From a virus (Duplodnaviria; Caudoviricetes): a stretch of DNA of 24,302 nt. The notes beneath the pieces are model-generated. The model searched no databases. It worked only from the letters and a program-made list of their open reading frames with translations, and was not told where the DNA came from. Below, in pieces: positions 13,731 through 22,586 of this stretch. The stretch covers positions 1-24,302 of the IMG/VR virus record IMGVR_UViG_3300034407_002423; one strand, given 5' to 3'. The position numbers were made by a program, and so were the translations under genes. The first letter of the stretch is position 1; every line of letters starts with the position of its first letter.

Positions 13731-16493
13731 ATGCCAAAAATCCCTGAATATTCAGAAGGACGAGGTAGAGTACCTTTACAAGGTAGGCTTGCTCCTTTAC
13801 CTCAAAGTACTGTACAAGCGATGGGAGCTCCTGCTCAAGCAATGGCTGAGTTTTCAGAAACTACGCGACAGGCTGTCGGCAAGTATCAAGAGGTTAATCG
13901 TCAGATAAAACTTAAAAAAGATACCGACGACGCAAGAGTTTGGCTAATTGAAAATAGGCAAAAAGTCCTTCAAGAGTTAGCTATAGAGACAGAAAACTTA
14001 AACAATCAAATAAGCCCTGAATCTTTTCTTATCGATAACTCCACTGAGGGGGCGCCTAATCCGGATGCGTACACCAGCAGGTCGTTACAAAACTTAGATA
14101 AAATCTTATCTTCAGACGCGTATACTCCTCCTAATAAAATTGCTGAGCAAGCTTGGAAAGAAGAGACCGCTAAAATAAGGGGAAATCATACCTTAAACTC
14201 AATTAAATATCAGTCTCAACAAAGAGTTGCTCAGATAAAAGCTACGCTAAATTCGTCTTTAGAGGATTCTGCCGTACGTGTAATGAACAATCCTGAAATT
14301 TTATTTGATGAAATAAATCATTTTGATAGCGTAACTAGAGAAGACAATCTTGAATCTATTGTGCTACCAGAATTAGCCTCTAATGTACCGTACGACCAGG
14401 TGCTAGGTGGTTTACCCAAGCAATTCTTGTCTCAGTTTAGAGAAATTGCTAACAGAACTCTACTCGATGCTGCTTTAACGGGTATGTCAACGCAGGATCC
14501 GTTAGGTGCTATTAAAAGTATAGTGGAAGCTGAATTTGATAACGGGAACATGTATGGCCTGTCCCCTGACACACTAACACGGCACTTAAATACCGCAGCT
14601 TCAAATATGAAAGTTAATGTATCATCAACTGTAAATCTGCTTAAAGAAAGAATTGAAAACCATCTAGCATCAAAAATTCAAGGAGGGAAAGGAGATGAAA
14701 ACTTTGTTTCGCAAGACGCTGCAGAAGATCTTATCAGGAATCAAATCTTTGGTAACGTGGATATGGAAATGTATGAAAAGTATCTACCAGATCAGTTTAA
14801 GGTGCTTGAAGAAGTTGTTGACGGGGTGTTGGGATCGTTAGAAAAACAAGCAAGAGTTGTCAACTCTACTTCACTTATTGTCCAGACTTTACACGGCCAA
14901 CCGCTTGAAGAAATGGCACACGTGCTTAACACCCTTACCGAGCTATCTAGACAGCTTGTTCAAAGTAGCGAGCTTAGCAAGGGCGGAGCTGCGTACATGG
15001 ACCCTATTGAAGGGGAGTATACTCAAGAGCAAGTCGAAGAAGGCAGCGAAGAGTACCAACAATCAGTTCAGGACAAAGTTGACACTGACTCTTCGGTAGT
15101 TGCGGGTGATGTGCAGGTATCTGTAGGCAAAATTACAATGTCAACTACTACGCTTCCCGGTCGTGAAAGTATACTTGAGGCTTTTAAAGGTTTAAGTACA
15201 GCTGAGCGCGCGGAGGTGTTAACGACCGTAAATGCCTCGCTACAACAGCATATAAAGGATCGAGAAGAAGACGGGGCGCTGTATTACTTAAGGGATGCAG
15301 GCGTTCAGTCGATGGTAAAAACTTTAGTGGACAATGGTTATTCACAAGAAATAGCAACTTTTAAAGCATTAGACGCCGCCTACGACAACGAAAATCGAGA
15401 AACACGGGACAGGACTTATTTAACTAAAGAGCAAGCAAATGCTGCGGCTGTTGCACTTACTGATAAAAGTCAATCTTCCGACGACTTAATAAATAACCTA
15501 CAAGCATTTCAAGATACGTATGGCTCTTATTATAACGAAGTCTGGCGACAGCTAAGTAAAAATGAACCTTCAATAGATTTTAGATATTCGTTTTTAGCTG
15601 CAACCGCTAGTAGCTATGGAGCTCAGCTTATTGCAACCGCTTTGCTTACCACTGATGAGGCAGTAGCAGCCCAGTTTACTGAGAGCAACGTCAGCGACTT
15701 TACATACGCTAATTTTAAGGCTGCCGCAGAGCCTGAGGCGCAAAAGATAATGCATGCCTTGATAGGGGGACTTTCAGAAAGAATGAATCAAGTTGCCCCT
15801 GTAAAAGAGCTTCTTATAAAAACAATGGCTATAGCTGCTAGTCAAGGAAATACCACCAATGTTAATCCAGAAGATGCCGTTGAACAATTTCTTGAAACTT
15901 TAAACAACGCCGCTATTTTTCAAGAACCGGTAGACGACAAGATTCTTGGATTTGTAACTGATGAGCACAAAGATCAGTCTGGAGTATCCTTAACGTCCGT
16001 ACAAGAAAACGTCGTAGCAAACTCACGCGCATTTTTTAACCTGCCGGAGTCAGAATTTAAAAAAGTTATTGGTGACATGTCGTTTAACGACCCTTTAATA
16101 GTTTATGGAAGTCCAACCTTGTCTATGGCAGGCGAGGAAGGGGCTGCTCAACAGGAAGAACAGTTTTATGACCATATACGGAATCACGGCTATTTTACTC
16201 TAGATGATGACGGCGAAAAAATGATGCTAATTATTCCTGGCGCTAACGGCATTAACAACGCCCCCGTACTGTATGATGACGAGGCCTTTGGACCTACCCC
16301 TGTTACTTTTCCTTTTGACTATTTTACAAAACATGCCCCAGAAAAACAGCCCGGAGTTGTGGGTAAGATGTTCAGTGGACAATATATATTTGACATACCT
16401 GGCATGGTGCAGCAGCTTGATACACAGATGAGAGAGAAAAACTCCAGGAAAAACCAAACATCCCCACAAATTGACGGGACTACTGGTCCTTAA
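13731..16493 (+). CDS. Large internal virion/ejection protein (gp15-like)
   Basis: 920 aa, acidic and helical, MPKIPEY start typical of this locus; synteny. No catalytic domain recognised. Confidence 0.72.
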   Translation: MPKIPEYSEGRGRVPLQGRLAPLPQSTVQAMGAPAQAMAEFSETTRQAVGKYQEVNRQIKLKKDTDDARVWLIENRQKVLQELAIETENLNNQISPESFLIDNSTEGAPNPDAYTSRSLQNLDKILSSDAYTPPNKIAEQAWKEETAKIRGNHTLNSIKYQSQQRVAQIKATLNSSLEDSAVRVMNNPEILFDEINHFDSVTREDNLESIVLPELASNVPYDQVLGGLPKQFLSQFREIANRTLLDAALTGMSTQDPLGAIKSIVEAEFDNGNMYGLSPDTLTRHLNTAASNMKVNVSSTVNLLKERIENHLASKIQGGKGDENFVSQDAAEDLIRNQIFGNVDMEMYEKYLPDQFKVLEEVVDGVLGSLEKQARVVNSTSLIVQTLHGQPLEEMAHVLNTLTELSRQLVQSSELSKGGAAYMDPIEGEYTQEQVEEGSEEYQQSVQDKVDTDSSVVAGDVQVSVGKITMSTTTLPGRESILEAFKGLSTAERAEVLTTVNASLQQHIKDREEDGALYYLRDAGVQSMVKTLVDNGYSQEIATFKALDAAYDNENRETRDRTYLTKEQANAAAVALTDKSQSSDDLINNLQAFQDTYGSYYNEVWRQLSKNEPSIDFRYSFLAATASSYGAQLIATALLTTDEAVAAQFTESNVSDFTYANFKAAAEPEAQKIMHALIGGLSERMNQVAPVKELLIKTMAIAASQGNTTNVNPEDAVEQFLETLNNAAIFQEPVDDKILGFVTDEHKDQSGVSLTSVQENVVANSRAFFNLPESEFKKVIGDMSFNDPLIVYGSPTLSMAGEEGAAQQEEQFYDHIRNHGYFTLDDDGEKMMLIIPGANGINNAPVLYDDEAFGPTPVTFPFDYFTKHAPEKQPGVVGKMFSGQYIFDIPGMVQQLDTQMREKNSRKNQTSPQIDGTTGP

Positions 16494-16500
16494 AATCAAG

Positions 16501-19500
16501 ATGAAGATTACGTATAATAAAAAAGCCCAAGGTTCTGCTTACGACCCTTTTATTGGTTTAGACTTTTTACGCACCGGGCTTACTTCTACCGTACGTGCGG
16601 GGACGAGAAGTGGGATAAGGTTTACAGGAGTTGACTCAGCTTTGCGAATGACTGAAATTAGTCGAGCTAGAGATCTTGCTAATTTAAGTCCTACTGAACT
16701 AGAGAAAAAATATAACCCGACACGCGGCCAAACTCAAGGACCGTATGACGACCCTTATCAGCAAAACTATGACGATCCTGGATCGATACCTAGGTTAGAA
16801 GATTTTAGCGGTATAGGATTTAGCGGACCTATAAAGCATTTAAGCGCTGATGAAGCAAACGACGTATACGGGTTAGGTGGCCATTTACAATTTCAAGACG
16901 GCGTTTCTAATTTAGAAGCTTATATTTTAAATGATCGCAAAAAGAAAGAGATAAGCTTTAATTACGCCTTGCAACAAGCGGAGGGAGCAACCTTTGCCGC
17001 TGGTTTTACTGCTCAAATGGCCGCAGCTTTATTAGATCCCGTTGGCGTAGGTTTGGGAATATTGTCAGCTCCAGTAGGAGCTTATCGGTTACAAAAAGCT
17101 TTAAACATTACTTCTAAGTCTGGCAAAAGACTTATAACAGGAAGCTTAGGCGGCTTTTACGGATCGACAGCAATTGAACCTATTATTTACTCAGCAGCTA
17201 AACAGGAACAGGCGGAATACAGCGCAGTAGATTCTTTAATTAACGTTACTTTTGGTACCTTTGTCGGTGGCGGACTTCATGTTGTTGGAGGAAAGATAGG
17301 CGACACGATAAAAGGAAAAGAAAGAGCTCGTCACGTTGAAGCTATAAAAACTGCTATACACCAGGCAGAAGAAGGCGAGAACGTAGAGGTTGGTCCTATA
17401 ATAAACGGCGGAGAACAAGGCCCGGATGAAATACCTTCTTTAAATTTAGGAGAAGAAGCTCCTAGTCCTCAGCAAAGAACTGAGACTGAGACGCAGGCTG
17501 CAAAGCAGGTTTTTGAATCAGAGACTTTTTTCCCTCATAGCGACGTTGACGCCTCGCTTGCTAAAATAGAAAGTAAACAAGCCGGAGGAAAATTAACTGG
17601 TTTTTCATTTAAGAAGTTATTTAACGCCGTTACACAATTAAAAGAAGCTTACGACGCTGGAGTTAAAGCAGGACAAAAACAATTTTTTGCTTTTAAAATA
17701 AAAGATAGCACTGGTCGAGTTATTTTAATTAAAAAGCAAGTAAAAAAAGGAGAACCTTTACGGTTATTTGACACGTCAGAGTTAAACATCAGCGGGATTA
17801 AAATAGAAGAAGTCGGTGAAAAAGTGCATCAAGCTTTGTTAATGCACGGCGTTGATCCTTTAGGCAGCACACTGGCGTATCAGGGTTCTTACAAATTTGA
17901 CTCGGACGGTATTACTCATGTTATGGAGCTGGACGGGGCTAAATTTGATCCTGAAATGAATCAAAAAAATACCGTCTTAGTTTCTCCTGAAAAAGCTTTT
18001 GATTTATTTAACAACACTGCAATGAAAGCAGTATTTTCAGAAGGTGGTCCAAAAGGTGAAAAGGCCGTACGTGACGCTTTACAGACAGATACGCGTAAAC
18101 TTACAGAACCTCTCCCCGAAGATTTAATTACGTACTCAGGAGTTGACGAAGCGTTAAACACAGAAAATCTTAAGCAGATAGGAGAACAGCAGGGCACCAT
18201 GCCTGGCGGAATGCACGTAGACGTAGTCACAGGTGATAAATACTACGTAAAATACAGCGACGATCAAGACGCGCTTATTAATGAATTTGTAGCGGCAACT
18301 CTGTACCGCATGGCGGGAGTAGATTTTCCTATTAACCGACTAGTAGTAAAAGACGGAAAAGTTGTAGGGGTAGGAAGCAAACTGATAGATAACGTCGCAC
18401 CAGAACTTGCTGCTAATGCGGCGCAAGAGATTGCAGATGAGAACCAGGGAGCACCTCCTTTAAGTTTTGACGAGCTTATGAAGCTTCCAGATTTAGTTAA
18501 ACAACGATTTGTAGAAGACCTGATTGTCGATATGTACCTAGGAAACTGGGATGTTATCGGTAATCCGCCAAACTGGAATATTTATAAAAAAGCTAATGGT
18601 CTTGTCGGTCGATTAGATGCTGGGGGAAGCTTATTTTTTAGAGCGCAAGGAGGGGATAAAGCTTTAGGAGGAGATTTTCCTGAGTTTAATACTTTTTTTG
18701 ATCCGAAAGTTAATCCTTATACGGCAGAACTTTTAGACGACGTTTTAAGTACGTCTTTCGGTTTTGCTCCTAAGGAAATGTCCTCGTCACAAAAGAAGGC
18801 AGCTTTTTTAAGTATCGCTTCAGACAAAATTAGGAACATCCTACAGTTTGACGACGCAGATATTAATAAGCTAGCAGAAATATCCGGCTTTTCTGATCCT
18901 GATAAGTTGTCATCGGCTCTATTAAATAGGCAAGCCACCCTTTATGAAAAGACAAATATCCAAGAACAGGCAGGAGAATTCGGTAATTATGCCGTGATGA
19001 AGTATAAATATGTAGGCAAAAGAGCGGTTAAAAAGAAAAACAAGCTTATCATTTACACTAAAAAAGACGCGTTAAAGTACCTTGAAAAAAAAGGCGATCA
19101 ACAATTTAAAGACATGGACAAAGATGTCGCAAACGCCGTTGGAGGTTATGGCGATTCTGGCTATAAGAATGTAAATGACTATTTATACGGAAATCACATT
19201 CCCGAAAGCATGGTTTCTAATGTCCAGCAAACAATACCACTTATTGATAAGGCAATGCAACCCCTTGATAGACCAATTCAACTATATAAGGGCGGCGTTC
19301 CTTTTTGGGGCTTTAAACCAAAGGGATTAGAGCTTAAGAATAATTACGATATTGAGACCGCTTTACAAATGAAAGACGGGACATTTAGCCTACCAGCTTT
19401 CCAGTCTACTACTCTTAACCGGGCACAAGCTTTAGCCTGGCAAATGGATCAAGGTTTAACGGAGTCAATAGTGTTTTCTATTGAGGCCCCTGCTGGTACT

Positions 19501-20052
19501 AAAGCTATTTATGGACAGACAGATGTTTATCAATCTCTTTCTTCCGAAGTTGAGGTAACTTTAGCTAGAGATTTAGTGTATCGCGTAAAACACGTAGACA
19601 CTGTGCACATGGGGTCATACGCGGACGACGTGGACATTCCAGCTTACGCAAAAAGGCTACTAGTTACTCTAGAGGTTGTTCCTCCCGGACAACAAACGGC
19701 TCCAAAAGTTACTCCAAAACTGGCGATAAAAATAGCTAAAGCGCATAAATCAGATAGTTCCAGTGCAGTAAACGACGCAGATGAGCCAATCAGATTTGAA
19801 GATGATCAAGCGGTACAGGCTACCTTAAAACCAGATGAGCTACAATCAAAAACTTCAGAGGTAGAACAAACTGTAGAAGATTTAATGGAAGAAATTGAGG
19901 CGGACCTAGTAAATATGGACGACGAGTTATTAGCGGGATTTGCCGCTGAAATAGATGAGATTAACAAAGCGGCCACCGCTGATATAGCTTTGGCTAAAGA
20001 TCTTCATAAAGCCGCAAAAGCAGCTGCAATGTGCGTTAGGGGAGCAAGTTAA
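16501..20052 (+). CDS. Internal virion/ejection protein with inserted kinase-fold and ADP-ribosyltransferase domains
   Basis: N-terminal Gly/Ala hydrophobic segments typical of ejection proteins; kinase-like motifs at about 18169-18940; ART motifs at about 19120-19690; acidic helical C-terminus. ATG 16501 preferred over TTG 16471 because it follows the upstream stop. Confidence 0.85.
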   Translation: MKITYNKKAQGSAYDPFIGLDFLRTGLTSTVRAGTRSGIRFTGVDSALRMTEISRARDLANLSPTELEKKYNPTRGQTQGPYDDPYQQNYDDPGSIPRLEDFSGIGFSGPIKHLSADEANDVYGLGGHLQFQDGVSNLEAYILNDRKKKEISFNYALQQAEGATFAAGFTAQMAAALLDPVGVGLGILSAPVGAYRLQKALNITSKSGKRLITGSLGGFYGSTAIEPIIYSAAKQEQAEYSAVDSLINVTFGTFVGGGLHVVGGKIGDTIKGKERARHVEAIKTAIHQAEEGENVEVGPIINGGEQGPDEIPSLNLGEEAPSPQQRTETETQAAKQVFESETFFPHSDVDASLAKIESKQAGGKLTGFSFKKLFNAVTQLKEAYDAGVKAGQKQFFAFKIKDSTGRVILIKKQVKKGEPLRLFDTSELNISGIKIEEVGEKVHQALLMHGVDPLGSTLAYQGSYKFDSDGITHVMELDGAKFDPEMNQKNTVLVSPEKAFDLFNNTAMKAVFSEGGPKGEKAVRDALQTDTRKLTEPLPEDLITYSGVDEALNTENLKQIGEQQGTMPGGMHVDVVTGDKYYVKYSDDQDALINEFVAATLYRMAGVDFPINRLVVKDGKVVGVGSKLIDNVAPELAANAAQEIADENQGAPPLSFDELMKLPDLVKQRFVEDLIVDMYLGNWDVIGNPPNWNIYKKANGLVGRLDAGGSLFFRAQGGDKALGGDFPEFNTFFDPKVNPYTAELLDDVLSTSFGFAPKEMSSSQKKAAFLSIASDKIRNILQFDDADINKLAEISGFSDPDKLSSALLNRQATLYEKTNIQEQAGEFGNYAVMKYKYVGKRAVKKKNKLIIYTKKDALKYLEKKGDQQFKDMDKDVANAVGGYGDSGYKNVNDYLYGNHIPESMVSNVQQTIPLIDKAMQPLDRPIQLYKGGVPFWGFKPKGLELKNNYDIETALQMKDGTFSLPAFQSTTLNRAQALAWQMDQGLTESIVFSIEAPAGTKAIYGQTDVYQSLSSEVEVTLARDLVYRVKHVDTVHMGSYADDVDIPAYAKRLLVTLEVVPPGQQTAPKVTPKLAIKIAKAHKSDSSSAVNDADEPIRFEDDQAVQATLKPDELQSKTSEVEQTVEDLMEEIEADLVNMDDELLAGFAAEIDEINKAATADIALAKDLHKAAKAAAMCVRGAS

Positions 20053-22586
20053 TGGCACTTAAAGAGTGTATGGTGATTATAGCAAAAGCAGCCGGCGAAG
20101 GAAAAATAGATGAACCTACCGCCATGGGCTTACTTGAAGATTTAAACGATTTTTTTGAGGCAAAGAAAAAAGCAATTTCCCCAGAAAATTTAGATGACGC
20201 GGTAGCGACATACTTAAAGGGTAAATTAGACGAATCAATTATGGCGGCCGTTATAGAAAAGCGTAATGCCCTTATTAATACCGCTGTTGAAGTTAAAGCT
20301 ATTCACTTTATGAAAACCTCTAAATTACCTCCAGCTCAGGCTCTTAAAGCCTTAATGGGAGGAACGATTAAGTCCGCCTATAAGGGAAAGTTATCGATTG
20401 ACGCGTCAGGAAAGGCCTTGACAAACAAGTACGTCGGTAGATTAATTGATCGTATAGATAAAGACGGCGACCTACAAATTTTTAACAGTGGAAAAATTGA
20501 CGATGAGATAGCCATAGAGCTTTTTGAAATGAGGCCTAACGGCGAGCCCGGGAAAAGCGGAAGTGAAGCTGCTCAAAGGATTGCGCGGCATATTCATACC
20601 TTACAGGGAACAGCGATTAAAGGGGCAAACCACGCAGGAGGTTACATTAACGAACGCCCTGGATATATTTTTAGGCAAAGCCATGATTCTTCTAGACTCA
20701 GAAAAGCAGGCTTTGAAGAGTGGTATAAGTATGTAGTTGAAAGACTAGATCACGACGCTACTTTTGACGGAGCAGATCCTCGTGAATTTTTAGAGGGAGC
20801 TTACAACGGGTTAATTACTGGGGTCCACCATAGATTTGACGGAGGAAACGAAAGTAATTACCTAATGGGATTTAAAGGACCAGCAAACGTTGCAAAAAGA
20901 GTAAGCCAACAAAGGCTTTTGCATTTTAAGTCAGGCGATAGCTTCATGGAATACAACCGGTTGTTTGGCACTGGAGATCTTAGAGAAGGAGTTGTCAGAG
21001 GCTTAGAACACATGGCTAGAAATACGGCCTTAATGCAGGGTCTTGGGACTAACCCGCTGCAAATGCTAACTAAACTAAAGACTAGAGCAGCTAGTCAAGC
21101 TCAGAAAATAGGTGACTTTAAGAGTGTAGATGAATTAAACTCGGCGTCTATTGAAAATATGTTTAAGGAAATAGACGGTACGACAAGAATACCTGGCAAC
21201 ATTAGTATCGCAAAAGTTAATGCCGGAATCAGAATGGTTCAAAATATGGCTCGTCTAGGAGGGGCAACTATTTCGTCTATTACAGATATTCCAGCTCAAG
21301 CAGCCGAGTTACGCCATCAAGGCATTCCTTTGTTTAGCGCCTACGCAAACGCCTTTGGAAACTTATTTAGAGGTCGAGGATCTGCGGAACAAAGAACAAT
21401 TGCCAGATATATGGGAATTGGATTTGATGGAATTACCGGTGACCTAATGAGCCGCTTTGGATCAACTGATCATCTTCCCGGTACTATGTCTAAGATGCAG
21501 CAAAAGTTTTTTAAATTAAACTTAATGAGCTGGTGGAATGATTCCCACCGAACGGGAATGGGACTAATGATGTCGGCCAATATGGCTGACAGCGCAAAGC
21601 TATCATACGACAAACTTGGCGCCCCTTTACAAAATGTATTACGGCAATACGGCATATTAGATTCTGAGTGGAATGTACTAAGAAAAAACGCTATATCAAA
21701 AGCTGATAATGACGTGTCTTACATGGTGTCGGATAACCTTGACCAGTTATCAGATTCAGATATAGTAGCGTATCTTAAGGAAAAAGGTAACGACAAGCCT
21801 ACTAAGAGACAAATAACAACGGCAAGAACCGACTTAATTTCAATGCTGGATACTTTTTACATCGATAGGGCTGACCACGGGATTCCAATGCCTGGAGCAG
21901 CCGAGCGGGCAATTATGAATCAAGGCACCGTCGCGGGTACGGTTAATGGTGAGATTTTTAGGCATTTAATGCAGTTTAAGTCTTTCCCGATTACAATGAT
22001 TCGGCGGGGTCTGGGCCGAGAAATAAAAGGTCAAGCTAATGGAAAAACGGATCTTGTCGGATTATCTCAGCTGCTAGTAGCCTCAACTATATTTGGATAC
22101 GGGGCTATGTATATGAAAGATATACTAAAAGGTCGAACTCCTAGAGAGTTTACCGGCGACCCGTTAGAAGATAGTAAGCTGATTGCTGCCGCTATGTCGC
22201 AAGGCGGAGGTCTAGGCATCTACGGGGACTTTATGTTCGGAGAGTATAGCCGGTATGGAAGGTCGTTCCTGGCCACGATGGCGGGTCCTACTCTAGGACA
22301 GCTAGATGACGTCGCCGAAATATGGACTAGACTTAGAACTGGGGAAGATGTCGCCGCTAAAGTTGTTCAGAGCGCTATTAATAATACACCGTTTGTTAAT
22401 CTGTTCTATACTAGAATGGCGCTAGATTATTTGTTTTTATACCAGTTACAAGAAAGTGTGAACCCAGGGTATCTTCGTCGCATGGAAAATCGTATAATGA
22501 GGGAAAATGACCAGAAATTTTTCGTTCCTCCCTCTCGTGAGATTCCTCGGGGAGGAGGATCAAAACTTTTTGAAGGGGTACGTTAA
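20052..22586 (+). CDS. Large internal virion/ejection protein (gp16-like body)
   Basis: 844 aa; QSHD, R.LHFK, MQFKSFPI, KDILKGRTPR, QGGGLGIYGDF, NPGYL.RM motifs of BPP-1/epsilon15-like core proteins; coupled to both neighbours by TAATG. Confidence 0.82.
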   Translation: MALKECMVIIAKAAGEGKIDEPTAMGLLEDLNDFFEAKKKAISPENLDDAVATYLKGKLDESIMAAVIEKRNALINTAVEVKAIHFMKTSKLPPAQALKALMGGTIKSAYKGKLSIDASGKALTNKYVGRLIDRIDKDGDLQIFNSGKIDDEIAIELFEMRPNGEPGKSGSEAAQRIARHIHTLQGTAIKGANHAGGYINERPGYIFRQSHDSSRLRKAGFEEWYKYVVERLDHDATFDGADPREFLEGAYNGLITGVHHRFDGGNESNYLMGFKGPANVAKRVSQQRLLHFKSGDSFMEYNRLFGTGDLREGVVRGLEHMARNTALMQGLGTNPLQMLTKLKTRAASQAQKIGDFKSVDELNSASIENMFKEIDGTTRIPGNISIAKVNAGIRMVQNMARLGGATISSITDIPAQAAELRHQGIPLFSAYANAFGNLFRGRGSAEQRTIARYMGIGFDGITGDLMSRFGSTDHLPGTMSKMQQKFFKLNLMSWWNDSHRTGMGLMMSANMADSAKLSYDKLGAPLQNVLRQYGILDSEWNVLRKNAISKADNDVSYMVSDNLDQLSDSDIVAYLKEKGNDKPTKRQITTARTDLISMLDTFYIDRADHGIPMPGAAERAIMNQGTVAGTVNGEIFRHLMQFKSFPITMIRRGLGREIKGQANGKTDLVGLSQLLVASTIFGYGAMYMKDILKGRTPREFTGDPLEDSKLIAAAMSQGGGLGIYGDFMFGEYSRYGRSFLATMAGPTLGQLDDVAEIWTRLRTGEDVAAKVVQSAINNTPFVNLFYTRMALDYLFLYQLQESVNPGYLRRMENRIMRENDQKFFVPPSREIPRGGGSKLFEGVR

